Positions 25,526 through 33,485 of a stretch of DNA of 35,574 nt are shown here, piece by piece. Under the pieces are notes generated by a model. The model made no database searches. It was given only the letters and a program-made list of their open reading frames with translations, and was not told the DNA's origin. The stretch comes from a virus. Its lineage: Duplodnaviria; Caudoviricetes. Location: positions 1 through 35,574 of IMG/VR virus record IMGVR_UViG_3300015203_000019; one strand, given 5' to 3'. Made by a program: the position numbers and the translations under genes. Each line of letters begins with the position of its first letter. Position 1 is the first letter of the stretch.

Positions 25526-25814
25526 GTCGTCCCGTCGGCATCGCGGCCTCGGTCCAGCCTTTCCGCAGGTAGGTTTTCCGCACCACGCGGGAGGCCATCA
25601 CCGAATAGGCAATGCACATCAAAAAGTATAGACCCGCGCCGGCGCCGCGCTGGAATGGCTCCAGGAACGCCGGGACCAGCAGCACGAGCGCGTGCGGCCA
25701 AGCGCCCTTGTAGAGGAAGAAGAACGGGCCAAACAGCAGGGCCCACAACCACGTCCAGCTCGTCGTGGCGCGCTCGATATATCCGTTTGCAGGATTGCTG
25801 AAGTAGGCCGTCAT
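25506..25814 (-). CDS. Small membrane protein (DUF2628-like), candidate exclusion/immunity accessory
   Basis: 102 aa; WTWLWALLFGPFFFLYKGAW...YLRKGW; convergent with and overlapping the cI 3' end. Confidence 0.7.
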   Translation of the reverse strand: MTAYFSNPANGYIERATTSWTWLWALLFGPFFFLYKGAWPHALVLLVPAFLEPFQRGAGAGLYFLMCIAYSVMASRVVRKTYLRKGWTEAAMPTGRPIGRRA

Positions 25815-25880
25815 CTGAAATCACCTTTCCCTGTTCCCATCCGCCAAACATCGATCATCCACAGCCCCCGTGCAAGTTAA

Positions 25881-25932
25881 ATCGGATATTTCCGATTTTC
25901 TGCTTGACGGGTCGGATATATCCGATTATGGT
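25881..25932 (+). promoter_or_regulatory. pL-like promoter with two operators
   Basis: TTGACG (25904-25909)-17 nt-TATGGT (25927-25932); operators ATCGGATATTTCCGAT (25881-25896) and GTCGGATATATCCGAT (25911-25926) match those at pR. Confidence 0.88.
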
Positions 25933-25999
25933 TAGGCATCGTCAAGTGATTTGGAGCGACCGGCCCGCTTACGAGCGGCTGGTAGCAGGGAGAGATTGA

Positions 26000-26302
26000 A
26001 TGTCGAGCAAGACGAAAAACGGGAACGGCGAGCGCGCGGTGCTCGTGACCACTGCGCATCGGGGAGTGTTCTTCGGATACGCGAACGACACTGCTGGCGC
26101 CACCATCAAGCTGCGTGCTGCGCGCAACTGCCTCTATTGGGGTTCCGACAACAGGGGCTTCCTCGGTCTGGCCTCCATGGGCCCGCTCAAGAGCGCACGC
26201 GTGGGCCCGGCCGCAGACATAGAACTGCGCGACATCACTTGCGTCGCCGAGTGCACGCCCGCCGCCGCCGAGGCGTGGGAGGGCGCACCATGGTCGCGGT
26301 GA
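26000..26302 (+). CDS. DUF6948-like small beta protein
   Basis: VLVTTAHRGVFFG...LRAARNCLYW...GLASMGP...RVGP...ECTPAA; first gene after pL, GGGGAG RBS. Confidence 0.75.
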   Translation: MSSKTKNGNGERAVLVTTAHRGVFFGYANDTAGATIKLRAARNCLYWGSDNRGFLGLASMGPLKSARVGPAADIELRDITCVAECTPAAAEAWEGAPWSR

Positions 26303-26757
26303 TGGCAGCGCAGGCCTATATCCGAGCGCGCACCAATCGAGGTCACGGCGGGTGCTGGCCGTGGGCCTTATCAAAAAACGAATGGGGTTATGGCCGTGCC
26401 GGCGACCCCGTTCTCGGGGAGCGGGCTGCGCACCGGATTTCTTATCGCGCTTTCGTCGGCCCAATACCCGCTGGGCAGCGCGTCCTTCACGACTGTCCGG
26501 GCGGTGACAATCCCGCTTGCTGCAATCCCGAGCATCTCTGGATCGGGGACGACGTCAGCAACATGCGGGACATGGTGAGGAAGGGGCGCAACGCGGACTT
26601 ACGCGGCGAGCGCAGCCATAGCGCAAAGCTATCATGGTCCGATGTGGCGGCAATTCGAGCCGCTTCATCGATCAACGTGAGCGAATGGTCGCGCCAACTC
26701 GGCGTAAGTCGCCGCGCCATCAATCTCGCGCGCAGGGGGCAGACATGGAGCAGATAG
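26290..26757 (+). CDS. HNH homing endonuclease with C-terminal HTH
   Basis: CWPW...GYG...AHRISY...VLHDC...DNPACCNPEHL...NMRDM...AKLS; start ATG 26290 or 26302. Confidence 0.9.
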   Translation: MVAVMAAQAYIRARTNRGHGGCWPWALSKNEWGYGRAGDPVLGERAAHRISYRAFVGPIPAGQRVLHDCPGGDNPACCNPEHLWIGDDVSNMRDMVRKGRNADLRGERSHSAKLSWSDVAAIRAASSINVSEWSRQLGVSRRAINLARRGQTWSR

Positions 26758-27437
26758 TCATTGTGAGGGGCGAAGCCCCGAACGGCTACGGCTACGGCGA
26801 CGGCTACGGCTACGGCTACGGCTCCGGCGACGGCTACGGCTACGGCTCCGGCGACGGCTACGGCTACGGCTCCGGCGACGGCTCCGGCGACGGCTACGGC
26901 TACGGCTCCGGCGACGGCGCCGGCTACGGCGACGGCTCCGGCTCCGGCTCCGGCGACGGCTCCGGCTACGGCGACGGCGACGGCTCCGGCTACGGCGACG
27001 GCGACGGCTCCGGCGACGGCTCCGGCGACGGCTCCGGCTACGGCGACGGCTCCGGCTACGGCGACGGCGACGGCGACGGCTCCGGCTCGGTGGAGTATTG
27101 GGCCGCGTGCGTCGATTGCATGGCGCGCGCGTGGCCTGACGGCCTACGCGCGCGCCTAGCGGAACTGCGCGAGGCCGGGGCGACGATCGCCTTTTGGCGA
27201 TCGGACGCCGAGGGCCGAGCCTGCAACGGTGGCCGCAACGCGCCGGTGAAGCCGGGCACCGTCGAGACTGCCCCTGGTCCGCTGTCGCTCTGCCACAAGG
27301 GAACGCTGCACGCCACCCTGCTACCGCCGAAGTGGTCGGGCGAGCGCTGGTGGATCGTGGCCCTGATCGGCGATGTGGTTGGCGATGGCGAGAAGTTTGG
27401 TGCGCTCAAGCGCGAGATCATAGGCGAGGCAGCGTGA
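26745..27437 (+). CDS. Gly-rich (G-Y/D/S)n repeat protein with C-terminal DUF7666-like domain
   Basis: ATG 26745 overlapping the HNH end; 230 aa; 51 Gly-X dipeptides then LCHKGTLHA...RWWIVALIGD...EKFG...REIIGE. Confidence 0.8.
   Translation: MEQIVIVRGEAPNGYGYGDGYGYGYGSGDGYGYGSGDGYGYGSGDGSGDGYGYGSGDGAGYGDGSGSGSGDGSGYGDGDGSGYGDGDGSGDGSGDGSGYGDGSGYGDGDGDGSGSVEYWAACVDCMARAWPDGLRARLAELREAGATIAFWRSDAEGRACNGGRNAPVKPGTVETAPGPLSLCHKGTLHATLLPPKWSGERWWIVALIGDVVGDGEKFGALKREIIGEAA
26784..27089 (+). repeat. Coding 6-bp minisatellite GGC[TG][AC]C x51
   Basis: Units GGCTAC/GGCGAC/GGCTCC (one GGCGCC, last GGCTCG). Confidence 0.95.
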
Positions 27438-27709
27438 TGCTTGATTACCCGTTCACTTACAACCTCGAAGTCGAGGGCATCTGCGTCGCCCAGATCGAAG
27501 GCGTCGCCAATCTAGTCCCGCACGGCGAGGGCTGGCACATCGGCTCGATCACCCTCGACGGGTGCGACATGGCGAAGATGGCGCACGGCATCCAGGTGGC
27601 GCTTGCGGAAACGCACTGGCTCTGGGCGCGCATCGCCGCCCATCTGCTGCAGCACGAACACGTCGAAATGAACTGGCGCTGGGACCGGCGCGAGCAGGAG
27701 GCGGCGTGA
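27437..27709 (+). CDS. Hypothetical protein
   Basis: TGATG coupling, GAGG RBS; 90 aa MLDYPFTYNLEVEG... Confidence 0.65.
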   Translation: MLDYPFTYNLEVEGICVAQIEGVANLVPHGEGWHIGSITLDGCDMAKMAHGIQVALAETHWLWARIAAHLLQHEHVEMNWRWDRREQEAA

Positions 27710-27710
27710 C

Positions 27711-28034
27711 ATGGGGATCTTGGAGGCCGTCGGCCAGGAACTGGATGCGATCATCGCCGAGACGAAGGCGGCCGGCCGCATTGATAACGAGGCGGGCTAT
27801 CGGCAGGCCGCGGCGCTCCTGGATCGCATCGCGGTCCTGCGCCGGGTCTTCCACCGCGAGATCACCAAGCCCACGCACGACACGCTGCGGCAGCGGCGCA
27901 AGAGCTGGGAGGTCCGGTCGCATCGTCCGAAGGCGAAACCGAGGACATGGCGCGATCTGCCGCCGGCGGCGCAGCGGGCGCTCGCTGACGATGTGCGCGT
28001 GATGAACAAGCAGCTGAAGGAGGCAACGTCGTGA
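27711..28034 (+). CDS. Hypothetical protein
   Basis: GGAGG RBS; 107 aa; tightly packed in operon. Confidence 0.65.
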   Translation: MGILEAVGQELDAIIAETKAAGRIDNEAGYRQAAALLDRIAVLRRVFHREITKPTHDTLRQRRKSWEVRSHRPKAKPRTWRDLPPAAQRALADDVRVMNKQLKEATS

Positions 28035-28237
28035 AATTCGCAATCCCCTACGAGATCACCGGGACCAAGATCATCAACGCCGACAGCGCCGAGGCGGCCG
28101 AGGCGAAGTTTCATCGCATCCCCGTCGAGCACTTGGCGATCGACGGCAACCTGGAGAGCTACGACGCGACGCTGGCCGAGCCGGTTGTGCCGTTCGCGCT
28201 GGTGGATCGTCTTGCGCGCGCAGGGGGGCGGACATGA
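28031..28237 (+). CDS. Hypothetical protein
   Basis: GGAGG RBS, GTGA overlap; 68 aa. Confidence 0.6.
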   Translation: MKFAIPYEITGTKIINADSAEAAEAKFHRIPVEHLAIDGNLESYDATLAEPVVPFALVDRLARAGGRT

Positions 28238-29187
28238 CGCACTATCAGCAGAACCTTGCCGGGAAGGCGGTGCCGCTTCACGACGGCATGCCGCAGGCCG
28301 GCTTCTACAAGAAGCGCGGGCCGGACGGGAAATGGCAGCCGGTGGCGATTTGGTCCAAGGACGGAAAGCTCGTCTGTCGCGTCGCAGATGCGATGGTGGA
28401 CCCGGTCGACGTGTGGACCTACTGCGCCGACAATCCGGTGTCGAGCGCCGACGCGAAGCACGCATTCAAGCACGGAACGTGGCCGGGCGACGCGCCACCG
28501 CCCATCGGCGACAACAACCCGCCGAGCGGCGATCCATTCGAGGATCTGACGCGTGAACTCGAAGCCGAGCAGCTGCGCGTGAATGTGTGGCTGGCCGAGC
28601 CGCACGAGGGAAAGACGGCCGCCGACATGGCCGCCAACTGGCTCGCGAACCTGCGCAAGCTCGAAGCAAAGACAACGGCTGCGTTCGACGTTGAGAAGGC
28701 GCCCGCTCTGGAGGAGGCGCGTCGCATCGATGCGAAGTGGCGCGGGCTCAAAGCGCTGGCCGCGAAGATCAAGCAGGCAATGGCTGATCGCTACGACGTG
28801 ATTGCGCGCAAGGAGAAGGCGCGGCTACAGGCTGTCGCCGACGCTGAAGCCAAGAGGCGGGCCGCCGAGGCGCGCGCGAAATGGGAAGCGGACCAAGCAC
28901 AGCAAAAGCGTCTCGCCGCCGAGAACAACATCCACCTCACTCCCGAGGAGGCGCCTGCGTTTCCAGATCCGGTGGCTGAGCCCGTCAAGGTCGCATTCGG
29001 TGGCGCGGAGGGCTCGCGCATCGCCCCGCGCGCCAAGCCTTCGACCGGGCAAGTGACGGATTGGGCGCAGGCTGCGGCGCACTACTCGGGTTCGCCGAAG
29101 GTGCGCGAGATCGTCCAGAAGCTCGCCAATGCTGACGCCAAGAATGGCGTTCCGGTGCCCGGCGTAGCGATCATCCCCGGAGAGTGA
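28234..29187 (+). CDS. Recombination-region coiled-coil protein of unknown function
   Basis: 317 aa; PQAGFY...WQPVAIW N-terminal domain, IGDNNPP linker, long coiled coil, C-terminal VPGV motif; directly upstream of the RecT-like gene. Confidence 0.7.
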   Translation: MTHYQQNLAGKAVPLHDGMPQAGFYKKRGPDGKWQPVAIWSKDGKLVCRVADAMVDPVDVWTYCADNPVSSADAKHAFKHGTWPGDAPPPIGDNNPPSGDPFEDLTRELEAEQLRVNVWLAEPHEGKTAADMAANWLANLRKLEAKTTAAFDVEKAPALEEARRIDAKWRGLKALAAKIKQAMADRYDVIARKEKARLQAVADAEAKRRAAEARAKWEADQAQQKRLAAENNIHLTPEEAPAFPDPVAEPVKVAFGGAEGSRIAPRAKPSTGQVTDWAQAAAHYSGSPKVREIVQKLANADAKNGVPVPGVAIIPGE

Positions 29188-30092
29188 CCATGAACGAGAA
29201 AGTTCCCGCCGTGATGGCAATGAAGTCGGGCGCCAAGGCGCTCGCGATCGTGCCGCAGACGTTCGAGGAATGCTACCGGATGGCAAAGCTGCTCGCCGTC
29301 TCGGACATGGTCCCGGACAGCTACAAGGACAAGCCCGACGCTTGCTGCGTCGCGCTCATGCAGGGGCTCGAGGTCGGCCTCTCGCCGATGGCGGCGCTGC
29401 AATCGATAGCCGTCATCAACGGCCGCCCGTGCATCTGGGGAGATGGCGCCCTCGCCGTTGTGCGCGCGAGTGGCCAGCTCGCGTTCATCCGCGAATTCGA
29501 CGACGGGGCAAAGGCGACGTGCATCATCAAGCGCAAAGGCGAAGCCGAGACGATCATTCGCACGTTCTCGCAGCAGGACGCCGAGAAAGCTCTGCTGGCC
29601 CGGAAGTCCGGCCCTTGGCAGACGTATCCCCAGCGCATGCGCCAGATGCGCGCGCGCTCTTGGGCGTTGCGCGATGGGTTTGCCGACCTCCTCAAGGGGC
29701 TGCATGTCGCCGAGGAGGCGCAGGACATTCCGATGCGCGACGTGACGCCGGCGCCCCTGGAGGTGCCCGACATACCGGACGGACAGAGCGACGCGGTCGA
29801 CGCGGACTTCTCCGACCTCGACATCAACCAGGACCAAGCCAATGAAGTTTCTGCGGCTGCAGGACCAGCTAACAACGGCGCCGCTATGCCGGACCCGATC
29901 GCAAGCCCGGCGGCCTACCGCAAGCACCTCGACGAGGAAATGTCGTGCTGCGCGGACCGCGAAAGCCTCGACGACGTATGGTCCGGTTATGAGAGCGTGA
30001 CGGGGCGCATGGGCCGCCCGGATCGCCTTTTGGTCGAGGCCGATTACGAGCGCCACGTGCAGCGCATCGGTGGCGCGGGGAGGCTGCTGTGA
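29184..30092 (+). CDS. RecT-family single-strand annealing protein
   Basis: GLEVGLSPMAALQSIAVINGRPCIWGD...GPWQTYPQRMRQMRARSWALRDGFADLLKGL; start may be ATG 29190. Confidence 0.82.
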   Translation: MTMNEKVPAVMAMKSGAKALAIVPQTFEECYRMAKLLAVSDMVPDSYKDKPDACCVALMQGLEVGLSPMAALQSIAVINGRPCIWGDGALAVVRASGQLAFIREFDDGAKATCIIKRKGEAETIIRTFSQQDAEKALLARKSGPWQTYPQRMRQMRARSWALRDGFADLLKGLHVAEEAQDIPMRDVTPAPLEVPDIPDGQSDAVDADFSDLDINQDQANEVSAAAGPANNGAAMPDPIASPAAYRKHLDEEMSCCADRESLDDVWSGYESVTGRMGRPDRLLVEADYERHVQRIGGAGRLL

Positions 30093-30388
30093 CCGCGCAA
30101 TCGCAACCCTTCGCCGAGCTGCGCGCCGAACTGGCGCGCGTGCGGGCCATTGCGGGGCGCAAGCACATCATCTGCACCATCGCGGATGCCCAGACCCTGC
30201 TGGCGCACTACGACGGCGTCCCGGCCTTAAAGCCAGCGACGCTGTCCGGGCCCAGGCTTGCCACGGATGAGGACTACGCCGCCGGGGCCTGCATCCACTT
30301 CGAGCGCATTGTGGGCGAGGTCTACTTCGTGTCGGCGAACGGCGGCATGTTCGCGTGCAAGGCGTGCGCGGAGAAGATGAGCCGATGA
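30089..30388 (+). CDS. Hypothetical protein (possible Zn site)
   Basis: GTGA coupling; CIH...CKAC; 99 aa. Confidence 0.6.
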   Translation: MTAQSQPFAELRAELARVRAIAGRKHIICTIADAQTLLAHYDGVPALKPATLSGPRLATDEDYAAGACIHFERIVGEVYFVSANGGMFACKACAEKMSR

Positions 30389-30630
30389 AAGAGCTGCATT
30401 TCGAGCGGGTCGCCGCATCCGGGATGATGGTCGCCGACGAGGGCCGCTATCGCTTCGGGTTGGTGCGGTTCCACGTTGGAGCGAAGACCGACCACTGGAA
30501 GGCGCTCGTCTTCGACCGGCATTCGGTGCGGGTGTCGCCGATCGCCGAGCAGCACTGCCGGACCAGGGCAGTGGCGATCGACTGGCTGGCGCGGTTCCGG
30601 GTGCCCGAGAAAGAGGAGACGGGGACATGA
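30385..30630 (+). CDS. Hypothetical protein
   Basis: ATGA coupling; 81 aa MKELHFERVAASG... Confidence 0.6.
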   Translation: MKELHFERVAASGMMVADEGRYRFGLVRFHVGAKTDHWKALVFDRHSVRVSPIAEQHCRTRAVAIDWLARFRVPEKEETGT

Positions 30631-30731
30631 TGATCGAGACCGCGGCCTTGGTGCTCATCTTCTGCATCGCAATGATGCCAGTCGCCGGCTTGATCTGGAT
30701 CGTCATGCAGATCGCGTTTTGCGATTGGTGA
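30627..30731 (+). CDS. Small single-TM protein (34 aa, not in ORF track)
   Basis: MMIETAALVLIFCIAMMPVAGLIWIVMQIAFCDW; ATGA coupling, GAGGAG upstream. Confidence 0.55.
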   Translation: MMIETAALVLIFCIAMMPVAGLIWIVMQIAFCDW

Positions 30732-30958
30732 AATGATGGATGCGGTTCGAGCCCACAGGCGGAGAGCTACCCCGCCGAGATGCTTAGTGGGGGCTCGGGG
30801 CAACGGGGACGCTCCCGCCGCGATGGAATTCCGCCCCGCACTTTCGCGGCGATTGTACAGGGCGGACAGACCGGGGCCGCAGTGCGACCGCGTTAGCTCG
30901 GCGGCTGCGTGGCGGGGACTGCGGCCCCGGTTGATTTGAACGAGAGGAGAGGGCGGCC

Positions 30959-31321
30959 ATGACCAAGCACGAGCGCAACCTGACCGGCGAGCCGACCGCC
31001 CCGACCCGTATCCCTATGCGCGAGGTGTGCCGACGCACGGGGTTGCGGCCTCGTCACTGGCAGATGCGCTGCACGGCCGGCGAGGTGCCGGGCGTCATCC
31101 GGTACGGCCGCGGCGAGCGGCGGGTCTATCTATTCGATGAGGCCATATTCATGGCCTGGTGGGCAAAGCAGGGGATAGCATGTCCGATCGCAATCTCCGG
31201 AAACGGGGCCGCCTCTACTGGTTCCGCATCCGACGGCAAGGCAAAACGCACGAAGGCTCGCTCGAAACGGAAAACAAGACCGTCGCGCGCGAAAGAGCTG
31301 CGCGCAAACTGGCAGAGCTGA
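30959..31321 (+). CDS. xis: Excisionase-like HTH protein
   Basis: IPMREVCRRTGL...AGEVPG...VYLFDEAIFMAWW; GAGGAGAGG RBS; immediately upstream of and overlapping int. Confidence 0.75.
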   Translation: MTKHERNLTGEPTAPTRIPMREVCRRTGLRPRHWQMRCTAGEVPGVIRYGRGERRVYLFDEAIFMAWWAKQGIACPIAISGNGAASTGSASDGKAKRTKARSKRKTRPSRAKELRANWQS

Positions 31322-32265
31322 AGGGGGCAGGCTGGGGGGAGAGGCCGCGCCATACGTTCTCGGAGGCGGCGAAGGAATTCGAGGCCGAGCACTTCAAGAA
31401 CCTCAAACGCTCGACGCGGCGGGGCTACACCGCCTGCATCTCTAACCTGCTCGAGCACTTCGGCCACAAGATCATGCTAGAGCAGATCGGTTCCGAGCAG
31501 CTCAGCACATTCGAGGCCAAACGGCGCAAGGCTGGCGTCACGCCCGGAACTATCCGGGGCGACTTCGCGGTGCTGTCGTCGATATGGAGCTTCGCCGAGG
31601 AGAAAGAGTGGACCGAGAAGGCCAACCCGGTGAAGCCCTACGTGCGGGGACGCTCACGGCGGGCTGGACTGAAGCGTGGCGCGCCGCGCACGCGCTATCT
31701 CACGGTGGAGGAGGAGCGCGAAGTCCTAGACCACGCTCCGCCCAAGGCGGCCAAGGCAATCATAGTCGCCATCGAGGTCGGGCTTCGCAAGGAGGAGCAG
31801 TTCGCACTCCTGCGCACTGACGTCGACCTGCAGGCGAGGGAGCTGCGCGTGCGCGCGGAGGTGGCCAAGAGCAAGAAGCGGCGCGACGTGCCGCTTTTTG
31901 AGCGGGCGGTGGCCGTGCTGCGCGACCTGCCCAAGTCGAACCGCAGCCCCTACGTGTTCGTGCCCCAGGGCGACGGTCTCCGGTACTCAGAGGGCTCGCC
32001 AACCATGTACGAGGCCCTGCAGAAGGCCGTCAGGCGGGCCAACAAGGCCCGACACATGAAGGGCATCCCGCCCATGGAGCACGTGGAGTGGCACGATCTC
32101 AGGCGCACGTGCGGCTGCCGACTGCTGCAGGACCGGGGCTTCACGATGGAGGAGGTGTGCAAGTGGATGGGCCACTCGTCGGTGCAGGTCACGGAACGGC
32201 ACTACGCCTTCCTCGAGACGGCGCAGCTGCACAAACGGAGGCGCGAGACGGTCGGAGAGAGGTAG
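31180..32265 (+). CDS. int: Tyrosine recombinase / phage integrase
   Basis: Arm-binding N-terminus YWFRIRRQGK...SLET; catalytic GLRKEE, HDLRR, MGHSS, TERHYA; start ATG 31180. Confidence 0.96.
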   Translation: MSDRNLRKRGRLYWFRIRRQGKTHEGSLETENKTVARERAARKLAELKGAGWGERPRHTFSEAAKEFEAEHFKNLKRSTRRGYTACISNLLEHFGHKIMLEQIGSEQLSTFEAKRRKAGVTPGTIRGDFAVLSSIWSFAEEKEWTEKANPVKPYVRGRSRRAGLKRGAPRTRYLTVEEEREVLDHAPPKAAKAIIVAIEVGLRKEEQFALLRTDVDLQARELRVRAEVAKSKKRRDVPLFERAVAVLRDLPKSNRSPYVFVPQGDGLRYSEGSPTMYEALQKAVRRANKARHMKGIPPMEHVEWHDLRRTCGCRLLQDRGFTMEEVCKWMGHSSVQVTERHYAFLETAQLHKRRRETVGER

Positions 32266-32528
32266 CGCGCCGGTGCAAATCAGGGTAGGAAGGGGCGGAA
32301 AAGTGGGACACAGGGTAGCCGGTGCAACCATACTTTCTGAGGCTATTCAGAATGTTAGCCTAGGTGGGTATGCGGATTGCAAATCCGCGCACCCCGGTTC
32401 GATTCCGGGCGTGGCCTCCAGCATTTGCGGGGGTCGGCTAACCGTTTCTACGCGCATATTGCGCATATTGCGCATGACGCACGGGGACAATCTGGGGGAC
32501 ATTCACGCGGTTTTCCCGCCACTGTCCC
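32262..32528. repeat. Candidate integrase arm and accessory-factor sites around the att core
   Basis: GGGACA at 32305, 32484 and 32496, inverted at 32523; GCCGGTGCAA at 32269 and 32318; tandem GCGCATATT at 32452-32475. Confidence 0.55.
32372..32420 (+). mobile_element. att core = 3' half of tRNA-Cys(GCA)
   Basis: GCGGA TTGCAAA TCCGC GCAC CCCGG TTCGATT CCGGG CGTGGCC TCCA (anticodon arm, T arm, acceptor 3' strand, CCA); no D arm or 5' acceptor strand upstream; 107 bp after int. Confidence 0.9.
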
Positions 32529-32770
32529 ATCTGGGCCGGAGGCGCTAGCCGAATAACGATGTTAAATCTGCCTCCGCGCCATTCGACATGGCGCGAATCC
32601 ACGAATAGTGTTACGTAACATCTCCTCTTGACTGGCTGGTCAGGGCTCACCAAACGGCGGCAGCGGGGTAGAGACCTGCTAGCCGCCGTTGCGGTATCGC
32701 ATCGACGCAGTAGGCCTCCAGCGTTACGCCATTGGGCCTCCGCTTACAATCCAGCCCATCGTCTCTGCTC

Positions 32771-32866
32771 CTACCTTGCTGCCTCTGATTTGCGCCAATC
32801 GTCCACGATGCCGCGCACGCCGTAACCGAGCATGAAGCCGCCGATCCATAGCAAGAACGTCGCCAC
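32771..32866 (-). CDS. Tiny membrane peptide (31 aa)
   Basis: GAGGAGG RBS; MATFLLWIGGFMLGYGVRGIVDDWRKSEAAR. Confidence 0.5.
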   Translation of the reverse strand: MATFLLWIGGFMLGYGVRGIVDDWRKSEAAR

Positions 32867-32878
32867 CTGATGGCCTCC

Positions 32879-33079
32879 TCACGTGTTGTCGGGTTTCTCG
32901 CAAACCACTACGCTTCCCTTGGTCACGTAGACGGTTTCGGTTGCCCGCTTGATATCTGGAATGCGAACGCCAACCATGAGACGTTCGGGATCGAACGACA
33001 CGGGACACTCGGACAGTTGCCCGATCTTGCCGCGCGCCTCCACGCCTCCAGTCACCAGCACGTAGTCGCCAACGCGCAT
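32879..33079 (-). CDS. Small KOW/SH3-like hypothetical protein
   Basis: ATG 33079 with AAGGAG RBS; MRVGDYVLVTGGVEARGKIGQL. Confidence 0.6.
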   Translation of the reverse strand: MRVGDYVLVTGGVEARGKIGQLSECPVSFDPERLMVGVRIPDIKRATETVYVTKGSVVVCEKPDNT

Positions 33080-33092
33080 TTGTCGCGCTCCT

Positions 33093-33293
33093 TCATTGCT
33101 CGACGGTTTCTTGCAAATCCCCCAGCACCCGCACCAAGTCATTTCGAGCGTATCGGAGACTGTTTTGCAGCTTCACCACCTTGGCCTCTAGCTGCGCGAT
33201 GCGTTCCTTCTGCTCGATGGCGAGCCGCGCCCATTCCTCCTTGGTCTTCTCAGCCATGAAGCCCGTGATCTGGCGCCTAGCCTCGCTGCGCAT
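33093..33293 (-). CDS. Small coiled-coil hypothetical protein
   Basis: AGGAG RBS; QKERIAQLEAKVVKLQNSL. Confidence 0.6.
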   Translation of the reverse strand: MRSEARRQITGFMAEKTKEEWARLAIEQKERIAQLEAKVVKLQNSLRYARNDLVRVLGDLQETVEQ

Positions 33294-33485
33294 CGGTTGC
33301 TCCTATCGCTTACGCCATGGGTACATCCATAGGCCGCCCGCGACCATTCCGAGGGCAAAACCGAATGCTATTAGGCCCATCTCGTGCGTCACGGTCACAG
33401 CTCCTCAGTTGCACGATGTTTCCGTGCGCCTCACTTGTCGCGCCGCGCGATTTGCCCACAACGATGATTGATCGAAACTCAGGCA

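Noticed and set aside
24830-25935. Alphaproteobacterial LexA box (GTTC-N7-GTTC) or full CtrA box at the switch promoters
   Set aside because: None found by eye here or at 35400-35480; a motif scan would be needed to exclude degenerate sites
26784-27089. CRISPR array or ice-nucleation protein
   Set aside because: Units are 6-bp in-frame codon pairs with no unique spacers, and they lack the AGYGSTxT 8/16-residue periodicity of InaZ
30810-30870. HDV-like/theta ribozyme
   Set aside because: A pseudoknot is possible, but I could not place the P3/L3, P1.1 and catalytic-C elements
31180-31321. xis/int 142-nt overlap as a novel frameshift fusion
   Set aside because: int has its own ATG and RBS, the overlapping xis tail is low-complexity, and no slippery site was seen
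32340-32420. Complete phage-encoded tRNA-Cys
   Set aside because: The 5' acceptor strand (GGCCACG) and D arm are absent; only the 3' half is present, as expected for an att core
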